This document shows, one piece after another, positions 36,377 to 49,921 of a stretch of DNA of 64,000 nucleotides (the first letter of the stretch is position 1; each line of letters opens with the position of its first letter). The notes under the pieces were generated by a model, which saw only the letters and a list, made by a program, of their open reading frames with translations, was not told the origin of the DNA and made no database searches. Position numbers and translations under genes: made by a program. Source of the DNA: Lytechinus pictus (Eukaryota); the NCBI RefSeq assembly GCF_037042905.1, contig NC_087251.1, forward strand, positions 28,336,001-28,400,000, written 5' to 3'.

Positions 36377-39300
36377 GTAAGTTTTTTATATCAAATTTGA
36401 TTTAGCACTCATCACGATTGTTTCAAAATACTTTTACTTCATTCAAGAGAAGATTTCTGAATGATTTCTCACACCTTGAATTTAATTGGGCAACATTATA
36501 TATCAACAAGAATGATATATTACTTAGAAACGAAACATAAACATGAAATTAATTATGCCTAAATTAAATTCTGCTCAATGTAAGAAAAACCTTTACAAAA
36601 TAATTTGCCACAAGAAGTACATCAATGCCTCATTATTTTTTTTCTTGTTAATCAATATACATACATGCTGTAGCTATATGCTTTTACTCTACATGCTTAG
36701 TCATCCAACCTCTTTATCAATAATCAATATACCATCTATTTCCAATATGTCAATGGGTTGCTATTTCCATAACTTTATCATATCTACAAATAATTATGGA
36801 TCAATTCTAGTAGGATCCATGTAAAAATTGATGCATCATAGTGTGGTCTGACTCTATTCTAATCTTGATGACAATGAGATAGATTACCTATATTGATAAT
36901 AACTCGAAAGTATTATACATCATGCACTAAACATGCATACATTAATTATTTTTTGAGAAATGTGTACAATGGTGAACTTATAAATCAAAGTAAATGAATG
37001 TTAACAATAAGTGATGATAATTTGAAATACGACAGACATATTAGAATATGCACAGGAATATGAAAATGAAATACCATTATGGTTAATTTGTGTATGATAG
37101 GTCTAGCCTGTCCCTAACTAGGTATTTCTATGAAGACATAAATGTCAACTTCGCTGTATTCACTGGACTATGAAGAGATGCATTAGAACTTGATAGGCCA
37201 GCAGGCCAGTGTTAGTGATGACATTTGAGCCGGTGTGTTGTTGTACTATGAGATGGCTCTTGATGGATAACATATACTGTCTCCATCTCATTAGAATCCT
37301 TCCCCATGTTCAGACTATTGTCCAAGGGGAGGAGCATTTCTGATGCCTTGGAGAATTCTCCTCCAATCTTGTAGTCTGAATAGTTGGTTTCCCTTCTTTC
37401 TCTCAATTGATGGATTGATTCAAAATGAAAATGAGAGAGAGAGAGAGAGAGAGCAAATTTTGGTGTGATCTGATGGGTACAGCTATTTTTATTGAATGCG
37501 GGCATGTGCGAAATGTGTAGAAATGATGTGCCATTCACAGCCATTGCAGCATACATCATCCTCACACCATGCAGTGAAGAGGGAGTTTATACACACATTG
37601 GTGATTTGTAAAAAGGATGATACCACTTTATCTGTTTGTTGTAAGAGTTTGATATTTTAAGCTTTTGTTATCTTTTAACTTTTTTATGTATATCTATATT
37701 TGTTGTTACACTATTGTATTTCTTCCATGCCCCTGAAGGGGCCATATAAGAAATAAAAATCACTGTATCACTATCACTGTATCACTGTATCACTTGGGAG
37801 AGACTGTCCCTTCCCCTCTGACATTAGTCTGAACAAGGAGATGAAGGTGATACATCTCCTTGGTCTGAACGAGGAGCTTGTTGTATTTATAAGGTTGATG
37901 CAGACAGGTCAACCATTTCATATGCCCTACATAATTCGTTGAGTGATGGCTTTATGAAAGATGAGACTGAAGGTAATAAAAGGAGGAGAATTCTGGTTCC
38001 AAAATATGTTGCTTCCAATAAATACTTTTGTGTGAAATAAAACACCATTAATTCTTCTCCAGCATAAAATCATTGGTAGGCCTACATGTAAGCTATATGA
38101 TAAGATTTTTAGGAGCTGATTAACTGATTTACTCAGAATTCAACTTGATGGCTATAGACTTCGTTCTCAAGCATTGATTTCACAAACAGTCGCTGATGCG
38201 GCTATACAAATGTAGAACATGCACAATGCATTGGGCACAGCAAGAGTTTATGAAAACAGCTTTTGAATGCCCTTTTCTTATGTCTGTAGTGCAATCTTAT
38301 GCCTGGTGAGACCCAGGATAGGTCATGTAAAATGAAGGTCACGATGAGATACCAAGTTACAACCATTCAGGCTTATTCATAGGTTTATACACACTTCTCA
38401 CCAGAGGAAATATTGGAAGGGGGTGATAAGCTTTCCCTATTTTTTAGAATGATTATTTCGCAGTGGCGGATCCAGGCAGGGGATGGTGCGGCCTCTACTT
38501 TGAGAATCACACAGAATTTATATAAATCTAAGAAAATTGTCATCTGTGCCCCTCTGTATTCAAATTTGCTGTTGTAGCCCTCTTTTTTGAAGTCCTGGAT
38601 ATACCTCTTTCATTAAGTAGCCTATTTGGTTGTCTATTCCTTCTGAGATTGACATATATACCTTGAACAAAATATATAAACTGCATTAGTGCTATAAGGT
38701 TGAGTTGAATGTCGTGCCGTTTAGGGTTTACATTGCATTGGGTTGATTGACTTGGGTTGGACCAAGTTTAACTGATAATCCATAATTAATGACTTTACCA
38801 ATGGCAATTTATCTGGATGAAAATTCAAAATTGGCCATAAATTTGAAACAGAGGTTTCTCTGAGGTATATAGTCATTCCAAAATCCGAAGTATTCTGTAC
38901 TAAAAGGTTGCAGACCATGATACAAATGTTGCATTACATTTTTATTGCAGGATAAGTAATGGAATAACCATCTTATGAACACAATTCATGACTACTAAAT
39001 CTACCCTCCATCATTTTCAGTGGCATTAACTCAATCTGAATTGAATGAGGGATAGAAAATTATTAAGTATTATCATGAAGCTATTACGAGATAATAGCTT
39101 CATGGTATTATAAAGTAAGTTCTAACAGATTTGCATTTCCTCAAAATATAAGGAAAATAAAGAACATGCAAAGTAAATGTATGAGGAATGTTTTTCTCTA
39201 ATATTATCATGCTTGATTGCATACAGACTTTGAAGCAATTCAAGCAAGCAATATGTAATCCTATATCTAGTCAGAAAACACTGACTGGATTGTTTGGCTA

Positions 39301-40351
39301 TTGTGTGAAAATCCACAGGGCAAGAAAAATAAGATGAACAAAATTCCACTCTGGATCAGATATCACAAAAGTAATTTCAAAGTCTTCCTGGTGCTTCAAG
39401 GTAGATAAAGGACGTTAGTTGTGATAAAATGCAGACAACAAATGTTTCTCTTCATTTTTGCTATTTTTTCTTTCTTCCTCTAACTGTTCAGTTTAGTTGT
39501 CTCCTGATTGTGGAGTTTAGGATTTTTGAAATTATTTCGAAAGCAAATTGATTGATAATAGACATACAACATGAAGTTGAATGGCACCGTCCTCCCCTCT
39601 TCTTTGAAATAAAAAGCATGAAACAGTGGTTTCCATTCATAGTAATAAAAAACAGTGATCTTTATTCAATGGTTATTACCTTTTTTTAAAAACGTGTTTG
39701 TCCAATTAAATTTGCATGTATCGTAGAGGCCTGTGAGAAGATGGACATCGACAGATATAAATAGTTGCCCTTGTACTAATTGCTATCACTACCCTGGGCC
39801 ATTCAATCACTATACAAAAACATTTAACATTGAGAGACGACACCTCTTGTATTTACACACTAAGAAGTCAAGGCCATTATCTTTTTTTGTCCCAGTTAGT
39901 ACTTGGGAATATTATATTCAGAGAGGGTAATTTTCTATCTCCTTGGTTTGATTACTGTCTGGCTTTCAGACAATATTCACTCATGCGTGGCCTTCCATTG
40001 AGGTTTTAATGAATATCATATTTAGTTCATAACGACTTTTTGTGTACTTTGTGGAAGAATAATCTGTCAGACATATACTCTTTCAATTTCTATTAGAAAT
40101 CTCCTTGAATTTCAGCTTGAATGGTTGTCTGATCAACCATGTAAAAATACTAAAATCTGTGAATTTAAAGGTCGTCTAGGGTATAATTTATCTGTCAAAG
40201 AAATTCAGAAACACAAAATGTTGATGTTTGTAGAAAGCAATTTTATTCCCAATATACCCTTTTGGTAGTCTTTTTACCAATGCACATGTATAATTATATG
40301 CAATGAAATTTATGCTTTCTGTTTTGTTTTTGTCTTTTGTTTTTTTACCAG

Positions 40352-40443
40352 AGAAGCTAACTGATATTGCTAATGAGCTGACATTGATAGGTCTATCTAA
40401 TAGAATAAATTACCAATATCTAATCGCTCAGATCATACAGTGA
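40352..40443 (+). CDS. Candidate second coding exon (EKLTDIANELTLIGLSNRINYQYLIAQIIQ*)
   Basis: Strong acceptor (long T-rich tract plus ACCAG at 40351); phase-1 compatible with the 36376 donor; stop TGA at 40441-40443. Confidence 0.35.
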
Positions 40444-41207
40444 GAGCTATTAAAATAGATATAAGGACAATTGTCATTTTTTCTCTCTCAAAATGTATAC
40501 AGCATACATACATTCAGATATTTTTAGCATTCTAATTCCTTTGAAGAATGCAATTTTAATCTTTAAACAGTGCAAGTTTTTGAGATTTTATTTTTGGTGC
40601 ATTTAATTTGATATTCACTTTGAATATGTTACGTTTTGTACTTATTAATTTAGATATTGTTAAGGCTCGCAATAGGTTAACTTAGTAATTATTATTTGCT
40701 CCATGATTTAACTATGAATAACATTCAACTATAATTGATTGATTATTATTTAACAATTATTCAGAGTTGAATTACATGTATTTTATACACTTCTGTTATA
40801 TGTTTTTGGAAGAAACAAATTCAAGTTGATGACATGGGGCAGTACAATTGATGGCATGCCACGTTACAGACATGTAGGATGATTGCGCAATCATCATGAC
40901 TAACATACAGTTGACAGATACATCATGTGACTAATGTCCCTGGAGAGAACATGCTGCCTGATCAGGGCCAGAAGGATGTCTAAACTGTCAACTTTGTAAA
41001 TTTGACTTAAAAGCCCTGCTGCCACCATACAAACTGAAGTACACATGGTGCTCAGACTCTTAAGCTGGCATTTGTTCAAAACAAGATGGGATAATTTGTT
41101 CTTCCTTGTTTCTTAAAAACTTTTCAAGGGACTCATGAAAAAAGTGCGTATAACTGTTGATATGACATTTCTAGGAAATGTAGCTCAAGTGAACAAATCA
41201 CATTATA

Positions 41208-41423
41208 GGGTGTTGCAAGAAGCTTGCCATCAATCGAAAGTCTATCTTTGGTCCCTAAATCAATCATAAGTCTTGCAGTTAATTGCAAATTAGTGATTGA
41301 TTGCTAATTTGCTCCTTGAAGCATGAAGTTTAATCTGATTTGCTACAGCTAACGCTGATCTATCATTTGTAAAACTGCAACAGAATATTTGCAATTGATC
41401 GCAAATATTTTCTTGCAACACCC
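41208..41423. mobile_element. MITE
   Basis: TIRs GGGTGTTGCAAGAA / TTCTTGCAACACCC. Confidence 0.65.
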
Positions 41424-41483
41424 CCTCAGTGTGAATTATTTATAACAAACAATCACCGTCTAACCAGACAGGGAAAACACATT

Positions 41484-41916
41484 AGGTGGTTTCAGACCGC
41501 CTCAAAGTTCGTCAGTTCCAGGTATTTTGGTAATGTGAAAGCAAACTACGCGTAATTTCCCCGATAGAAAATACCCGCTAAATAGTAGGTACTTGGCGAA
41601 ATTACGAGAACTTTCGCAGGGATTTTTCCAAGGTCGCAGGTATTTTGGCAATGTGAAAGCAATTTACGGGAACTTTTAGCCCAGCGTGTCGTTGGGCACG
41701 GGCGCCGTGGGTGGCTGCTGGGCTAGTGATTTTGAATCTCGCGCCTTGCCTGCTTATCAGACCATACTGCGCATGCTCGTAACTTCAGGAACTTATCCCG
41801 AAGAGTATGTTTCGGGGCGGTGTGAATGCAGGAATAATTAATGGGTATTTTTTAGCCTAAAAAAGTTCTCGTAATTTAACGGGGATTCTTATGATCGAGG
41901 CGGTTTGAAACCACCT
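41484..41916. mobile_element. PIF/Harbinger (PHIS)-like MITE
   Basis: TIRs AGGTGGTTTCAGACCGCCTC / GAGGCGGTTTGAAACCACCT; 3-bp TSD ATT; second copy inverted at 53303-53778. Confidence 0.9.
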
Positions 41917-44699
41917 ATTGCTTGATTTGTCTCGCATACAATCCACATGGAATTGTAAGACACAAGCTACATGTAGTCAAGTTTGTTATGTCTGTACATT
42001 GGCGCCAGTGTTATGACAGTGCTTTATCTGAGGACAATGTAATCTTCACGGATTAGAATGGCATGTTATGTTGTGAGATGCCTTATACTATGAGATGCTA
42101 CGCAATCTCGATGCTTTGCTCTACAGCAGAGCAACATCCACTCTAAATTTAGTTCCTAATAGAAAATGTATACATGTCAGCAACACATTTTTTTTATTTG
42201 CATGGTTTATTGAATCATAAACATGAAAAACATTAACATCTAATTGTGAGAGATTGGAAGTGTTGAGGTTTGAGATGTAAAGCAAATGAAGTTTGTCGTG
42301 TTTGCATATAGTTTACAGTTCATATTTCAGGCTTAATCTGATTCTTTTGTTTAAGTTTTGATCAATAATGAAGTGCATTTACTCTCATGATAGATATTTT
42401 GGAATATTACCAATTGGAGTTGTCAAGGCCAGTAAATCCTATTGAGAAGTGTGGTAGAGTACTTGTTTGGTGCCATTCTAAAAACAACTCTTCTCTTCTA
42501 TTTCCCTCTTTTTTTCATAAAGTGAATCCATGTAAAATCTGTAAAATCTGTGTGAATATCTTAGTCATTCACTGTACTTTGATTTTGAACATTTAGAAGC
42601 AAAAGGTGTTTAAGAATATTCTTGCCATTTTCAAATCATCTCTATTGTTATTATACACTATAAAAAAGTAAATTTCTGTAAAGTGTAAACCCTTTTGTGA
42701 TACCTGCATTGTGGGTATATCCATGTATATTTTGCAGGTCCATTTTAATGAAACAATTTTTTTCATGGACAATGATTGATCAGTGATGCATTTGGTTATT
42801 TCATACAGATAACAAGTATCCCAAAGCTTGAATTGGTTTCTTTTGAGTGTTGTGCAATTAATATGTACCTGTACAAAGAGCAAGAAGGCCTACTTCATTT
42901 GATTGGAATCATTGGCTTTGTCACGGTTATGATAATGAAGATCAGCCGCAAAGGGAAAATGATTGGACTTGTCCAGATGGATTATCAATACTTGACAATA
43001 TTGATGGGTTTAAGGGCTGGAGGATAGAACTCATGTATGTGCTCATAGTACCATTGTTGTAGTAGGTCCATGCTCATACTCGGCTCAGTATGCTAATGAG
43101 CTGCAGAGTGCAAACTTTGTGCAGTATGTTCCAGGAATTGTACTGTGATTGTAATATTAGATTTTTAAAATGTTTTTACTACATGGAAAGTATACATAAA
43201 ATTCATGTTATTTTTAGAATGATATTTTGAAACATACTGAATTAGAAAATGTTCAATATATTCTATTACACTTTGCAGATTAATGACATCCAGCCACTCA
43301 TATTCATTGATTGTTTGGGGGAAATGTGTATATACCAGGCTCAAAGATATTTATTTTTACAATTTCCTTTGTATAATTTCATTTTTATTTTAACAATATT
43401 TGCTGGTCTACCAGTACTTAGTTTTAACCATGAAAAGACTACAAAAGAACTCTCCATAAGGTAAAGCTAAAATATCATTAAAAAGTGTCATTTTCAAATA
43501 CAAAATATTCTTATCAGTACATGTATATCACGAAATGTGAATGAAACTAAGTTTATACAACTTTCTGTAAAGGAGATGATGAGGAGAGGAGATAAAAAAA
43601 TTTATGGATATTTGAAACCATCTCAGCTGTTTTGAAACAGTTTTTTCTTAAATCTTCATCTTTCAAACCAATTTACCTTGTGATGTGGTAGCACCATTGA
43701 GCTCTTGTAGATTTTTAAAGTAAAATACCTCTGTATTTTTAATTGACTGATACTACAATTAATCCTTAATAATTGAGTATAGAGGAGTGTCATATACAAT
43801 GAATTCACCCATCTTTAGAGTTGTGATGAACACAGGGGTATGGGTCCACTTCTTTGTCCATGATTCCACATTTATAGTCCAGTCAATCTAGCCAGAATAG
43901 GGGGGTAACCCACCACTAATTGCAACACGAGATATTCCAATGAAATGCTTTCCAGGAAGGTCCCCTTAAAAACATATTAAAAGTCCCAAGAAATCCAAGC
44001 AGTGGAAATTAATGAAATTTGCATATTATGCAAATTAGCCATGAAAAAATAGAAAAAGAAGGGAAATAGTCCAAAGATTACAAATTAAATGTCCAAAACA
44101 ATTTAATTTGAACGGAAATTCATGATAAACAACTGAATTCAATGTTTTTAATCAAAAGTGTAAAAATTTCTACCTCATTTGCATATTATGCAAATAAGCA
44201 TCCTTATATGGAAAAAATGTCAAGATATTGTGATTTTTCTCATATAGACTGCTTGAAAACATTTCATTAATGTTGACATTAATATGCTACTATATCACTA
44301 AGCATGATAATTCATCCCAATGCCTGAAAATTAATTTGCATATTATGCAAATTAGCCATTTAAAAAAAAAATGAGGAAATTAATCCAAAGATTACAAATT
44401 AAATGTCCACAGCAAGTAATTTTGAACAAAAGTTCATGATGAATAAATAAGTTCAATGTTTTTATTTAAAAAAGCTAGCAAATCTGCCTCATTTGCATAT
44501 TATGCAAAAAAGTATCCTTATATGGAAAATGTCAAGAAATTTTGATTTTTATCACATTGACTGCAGTGAAAACATATCAGTTTTTCAAATTAATATGCTG
44601 CTATCACTAAGTATTCAAATCTATCCTAATATGATTTATATTCAAGGAAAAATACTGGAAATATGTTCTTCGCTTCCTAAGCCGCGTTGTTAGTCTGAC

Positions 44700-46400
44700 A
44701 AGATGATGGGATCAGCAAGAACAAAGCACATTATTTGAACTGGTGTGTAGTTTGTGAGAGTTGACAACCCTTTCTTATATGGATGGGAACGACTTATATC
44801 TTGTTGAAAATTCACCGTATAAACATGCTAAAGGGAGGCCAGGAAAAGCAAACTTATGGCAGGTAAGATATGATGAGTAGTCTCATTAAGAAGTGTAGCA
44901 GAGATTCCGTCTGGCCTAGTAGCTTCATGCAGGATGTTTTCTTTAACAATTTCTTAACAATATGTTATCTGGCCATATCTGGGTCAGGACTGGGTCCCAG
45001 GACTTGTAGAGCAGCGTCATCATCATCATCTTCATGATCAGTGGTGAATACTAAGACTAAAAATCGTTTCCTTCCTTTAATAATGATATTCCAATGTAGT
45101 CATAGCTATTAATATTATGGGCTCCCAACATGCTAATTGTTACAGCCTGGATCATTGTCAATCCGGTCAACAAAATATGTATTATAGGCTTGTCTACAAA
45201 CCCTCTTATGGTCCTCTTTAATGCATTGTAGCAATTCTGAGCTTTACCTTACTGATGCTTTTGGAGCTCTTAAAATAATGTGCAAGCCTTCCTAGCCTTT
45301 CTCTAAAACTCTTGACATCTTCCGACACAACTTATGTCCATTGTCCATTGAGGCAACTTGTGTCGGAAGAAGACATGGTTAACGGTGTGTTCTTGTTAAA
45401 GTCCTCTTGATTGGCATTCAGTCTTCTATGCTCGACTTGTCGGATTTCAGTACAGAGAGTTGTATGATTGTCCAAAGTACATCTGCATGACACTATTAAA
45501 GTCAGCATTCCTCCAGAAGAACATCCTTAGTCGTACCATAATTGCTAAAAGGTTTATTCCTCTGGATAACCTCACAGTATACCCATGAGTAACACATTGT
45601 GGCAAATAAATCCTGGAAGTGGTACACACTGTCTAATCAATGTTGGATGGTATTTGATGGTGATGTTAAGGGTGTTCCATTGTGTTGTGTCCTCTTGTTG
45701 GAAAGGCAATAATCTGGCTTAGTCCTCCATCTGGTTTGTTCATTGTCTCACTGAGGAATTTCTGTTTACCATAAATATCAGGACATTAATATTATTAGTT
45801 GCATACGACTTACTTAGAAACTATAGCTTTAATATTTGGAGATGGTTGCCATAGGAGATTTATCAAAGAGGAAAGAACAGAAAATGGATGCTTCATCATG
45901 AAGCAGCAACTGGATTCAGCATCACGATTCCTGTATCTGAGAAAGATGCCTATAATGCACTTTAAAGTGATCATTTCACTTTGTTCTGATTTAAAAAATT
46001 CTCCTTTTGGTTCCTGAAAATGGGCTAAACATTAGGCTTATAGTGTAAAAATACCATCCCAAAAGTTTCAAAGTATTATATTTACAGGATCAATTTTAAA
46101 ACCTTGGAGAAGTAAACCAAAGTTTAAAAATAATTGGGAGTTGGTTTCAATGACTATGTGTATACAGGGAATCTGTTTCACCACAACACATTAATTCTAG
46201 AAGAACACAGCATGACCTACAGTGTGTACAAGGTATACACTGAATGTACAGTGCAGCTAATAGCGTGTGTATAGGAGATACACACAACAGAAGGCAGTCA
46301 AAATAGCCAACGGACTTTTTGAATTGGAGAAAACTGGTCATAAGCTGAACCCGTCTACTAGACGGTTCTCAAAATCAGGCTAATAAATTGCTACTTATAT
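44700..46400 (-). pseudogene. Heavily decayed transposase-like remnants of the Academ-like element
   Basis: Minus-strand fragments LFDKSPMATISK (~45870-45835), FGQSYNS...VEHRRL (~45476-45419) and FNKNTPLTMS resemble Academ transposase motifs SLFD..MR...K and VFDxY..S.K..E..RR; many stops and frameshifts. Confidence 0.35.
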
Positions 46401-46668
46401 CTAAATTAGAGTTTTTCATCCTATATTGTGGTCTGTTTCAGGGTTTTTGAGGACAAATACAGGCACTCATACACACGTTTCAACTCAGTTTGAGAATTTT
46501 TTTAATCAGCTGCTCACAAAGTTAAACGATCCCTTTAAGCCTTCATCATGATTTTTTGAATGGCTTTCATGTCGCTCGTATAGGCAAATGCCCATTGTTA
46601 CTCTTATTAAGCATGCCCAGAGATCTTGTGATCCAAGCAAGTACTCATATTCACCACCAAGAAAAGTG

Positions 46669-47073
46669 ATGATGATGATGATGGGTTCTTGTAAAGCGCC
46701 GGTATCCGCCTCAGCTGGGCGCTCATGGCGCTTGCTCAAAAATAGGAAATATCTCACAAATTTCAATGTCTTCAAACAGTGCTTAGGATCATCATTCAGT
46801 TCAAGTACTGTTCTAGTAATGCTACAATTGAGTTATTCTTGGGATAATGTTGGAGTGGGGAACAGGAAGGTACGACTCAAAAGTTGATTGGGTCTCTGCT
46901 CTCCTGATAAATTGGGGAAGGCTATTCCACAGCTTTGGTCCAGAGATGTAGAAGGCTCTGTCACCCCAGGTTGTGTAGCTGAGAGATTCCCTCAGCAATG
47001 CTTGATCTGCTGATCTGAGACTGCATGTTGGTCTATGCTGAGCTAAGAGCTCTGATATGTAGGGTGGAGATTT
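46669..47073 (-). mobile_element. L2/CR1-type LINE 3' fragment nested in the Academ-like element
   Basis: Minus strand KSPPYISELLAQHRPTCSLRSADQALL...TTWGDRAFYISGPKLWNSLPQFIR, the typical L2 ORF2 C-terminus; (CAT)n tail at ~46669-46683. Confidence 0.85.
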
Positions 47074-49921
47074 AAGACCCCAAGGTTATAAGCTAAGTGG
47101 TGTGCTACAAGGACCAAATATTCGAAGCTAATGGGCTTTTATTTGTACGGGTGTCACATCTTGTGCTGATCACTTGGCAATCCAGGAGCTTGCTAGCGTG
47201 GACTATACTCGCAAGAAACGCAAAGTCTCTACAAAGTCAAGAAGAGAGCGAGACTTGGATGGAAATAATGAAGCATTCAAGTAGTGGGATCCATGTAGAA
47301 TGGACTCATCATTGTACAATATGAGTGGGATAAATGCTCGTGACAAAAGTCAATATCAAGCAAGCAAGAAGTGTAGGGAAGGTCATCATGGTTAATACAC
47401 ATAATCTACATGGAATTTTAGAGGAAAGTATCACTATGTGTTTCCTTGATTATTTATAACATGTCGGATGCTTATTTGCATACTATGTAAATTACACTTC
47501 AGATATTAAGCTGATTATTAATGTTTTTGCCATTCTTAGTGATCACATCATATTGATCTAGACTGAAATGTTTTCATAACTGTTTTTGTGAGAAAAGTCA
47601 AAATTTCTGGATTTTTTTTCAAATAAAAATGCTCATATATATGCAAATGAGGTAGATTTATTTACGATTTCTTATTTAAAAAATAACTAAATTTGTAAAA
47701 CTTATCATGGGCTTCACTTCAATTCGTATTGTTTTCTGCACTTGATTTCCAATATTTGGATTATTTTCCTTATTTGTAATTTATTATGGCTAATTTGCAT
47801 AAAATGCAAATTTTGTGATTTTTCTATATGCTTGTATATTTAAGGACTTTTAATATGGTGTTTAGGAAACCTTCCTGTAAGGTATTGCCATATTCCAATT
47901 TCAATAAATAATCTACTTGCAATTTTTGAGGGATGTATCACCAGTGTGTTTTCTTGAATATTTATAACATGTTAGATACTTTTATTTGCATAATATGCAA
48001 ATTACACTACAGACACTAAGCTTAATACAAATGTCTTCAACGTCCTTAGTGATAGCAGCATGTAAATTTCAATATTAATGAAATTTTCAAGCAGTTAATG
48101 AGAGAAAAATCACAATACCTTTACATTTCTCCATATAAGGATGTTTATTTGCATATTATGCAAATGAGGTAGATTTTTTTGCACTTTTGACAAAGAACAT
48201 TGAATACAGTTATTTATCATGGATTTTCGCTCAAAATAAATTGTTTTGGACACTAAATTTGTAATCTTTGGGCTATTTTCCTTAATTTTCTTACTTTTTA
48301 TGGCTAATTTGCATAATATGCAAATTTCATAAATTTCCACTGCTTGGATTTCTTGGGACTTTTAGTATGTTATTTAGGGGACCTTCTTTGAAATAATTGC
48401 AGTGGAATATTTCGTGTTGCAATTAGTGGTGGGTCAAACTCTATATTGACTGGACTATTAGAACTGCTTCAATTCCAACTTTTCCAACCAAACAGTTTTC
48501 AAATCTTATGTGCCTTTTCCATGTTACAGAATACAGAATAAACATCACTTGTAAGGATTGTAATATCTAGTCTACACATATTATTACAATTAATGACAGT
48601 AGGATATCTTCTTTGACTGATTTAATCCAACTATATACCCTCAAATTGTAACAAATAATGTAATTTTCTTTGCATTTGAAAGATATTTTTTTAAGTAAAA
48701 AAAACAGTAACAACAATAGTTAGCCTTCTTGAACATCATCTGGGATTTTATTATTATGGTTAATATGGTCGAAACTCTGAAGGTCAGATAAATAATTGAT
48801 AAGATTAAACTATTCACAGAAATATCTTGTACATGTGGGTATACTTTCAGGCAGTGAATATGTTTTTTTGATGGATCTTCATTCATTGCCATCCTATTCA
48901 GTCCAAGTTATGAATATTTCTCACCTTCCAGATTTGGCAGATGTTTCTTTGAAACTAAAAACCCAACTTGACTGTCTAGGATATTGATTTGATGATGATC
49001 TGCATTTTTTAATACATGTGACTGTGAGTGTGTTGACAGGGGGAACACTTCCTGGCAACCGTTCACCCTAGCAACAATACCAAACAGTCTGACTTCCTGT
49101 GGAGGCCCTCCAATTTAATCCATATCATCCCAAGCCAGATATAGCTCAGACAAGAGCTTACATTCACATGTTAAACTTAAATTGGACTGGCATTTGAGTT
49201 TATAAAGGAGTATAGAAGATAATTCTAATATTCTACCATTGGGTCTACTAATATGCAGGGAGTTATTAATGAACAAGCACATTTCAAAGAAACTACTGAT
49301 TTAAGTGAACTACTAGTATCACCAAGTTGAATTGATTTCAATGCTATTACAGTCAGAAAAGATTTGCTGAAAAGAAATAAGCAATAGTTACTATCTCTAA
49401 TAGTTTTAATTGTAGAAAGAAATGTGCCATAAATCTGCTTTTTTGTTCGAATAGCCCTATGACTAAAGATAAATAATATTTTAATTTTTAAATAATATTT
49501 TAACAAGATTTGAAAATATTTATATAAAATGAATGTTTATGAATATCTGAACAATGTATGACAGTATCCTTACTATGCTACAGTATATGAGACAGAGTAT
49601 TTTAATTTTTGACAAAAATTTTCTCAAATTTTGAAATTGATAATAATATAACTCAAACTAAAATTTTCTCAAATTTTGAAATTAATAATATAACCCTTGT
49701 TACCCAGGATAGCCCACTTCAGATGTGAGCTGTTCTTCTCATGGGCGTGTCAAAATTTATGTTACCCTTCTCAATTCTAGTATGCTCATTGCCTGGCAAG
49801 CGGCAAAAGGTACAAGTTTTATGGTAATGTTTTAGGACCAAGAGCACATGTCGGATATAATGAACTTGAAAAGGCAGGATTACTTCATGTAGATCACAGG
49901 TCACAACAATTAGTATTACAC

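Larger units (their letters stand above)
43875..48457 (-). mobile_element. Academ-like DNA transposon, decayed, 4.6 kb
   Basis: TAGTCCAGTCAAT / ATTGACTGGACTA termini, inverted repeats of more than 400 bp with internal ~160-bp subrepeats, 3-bp TSD TTA (43872-43874, 48458-48460). Confidence 0.8.

Noticed and set aside
37090..37795. Possible old LINE 3' remnants, including AATAAA plus a (CACTGTAT)n tail near 37752-37793
   Set aside because: Too degenerate to assign a family or boundaries by eye.
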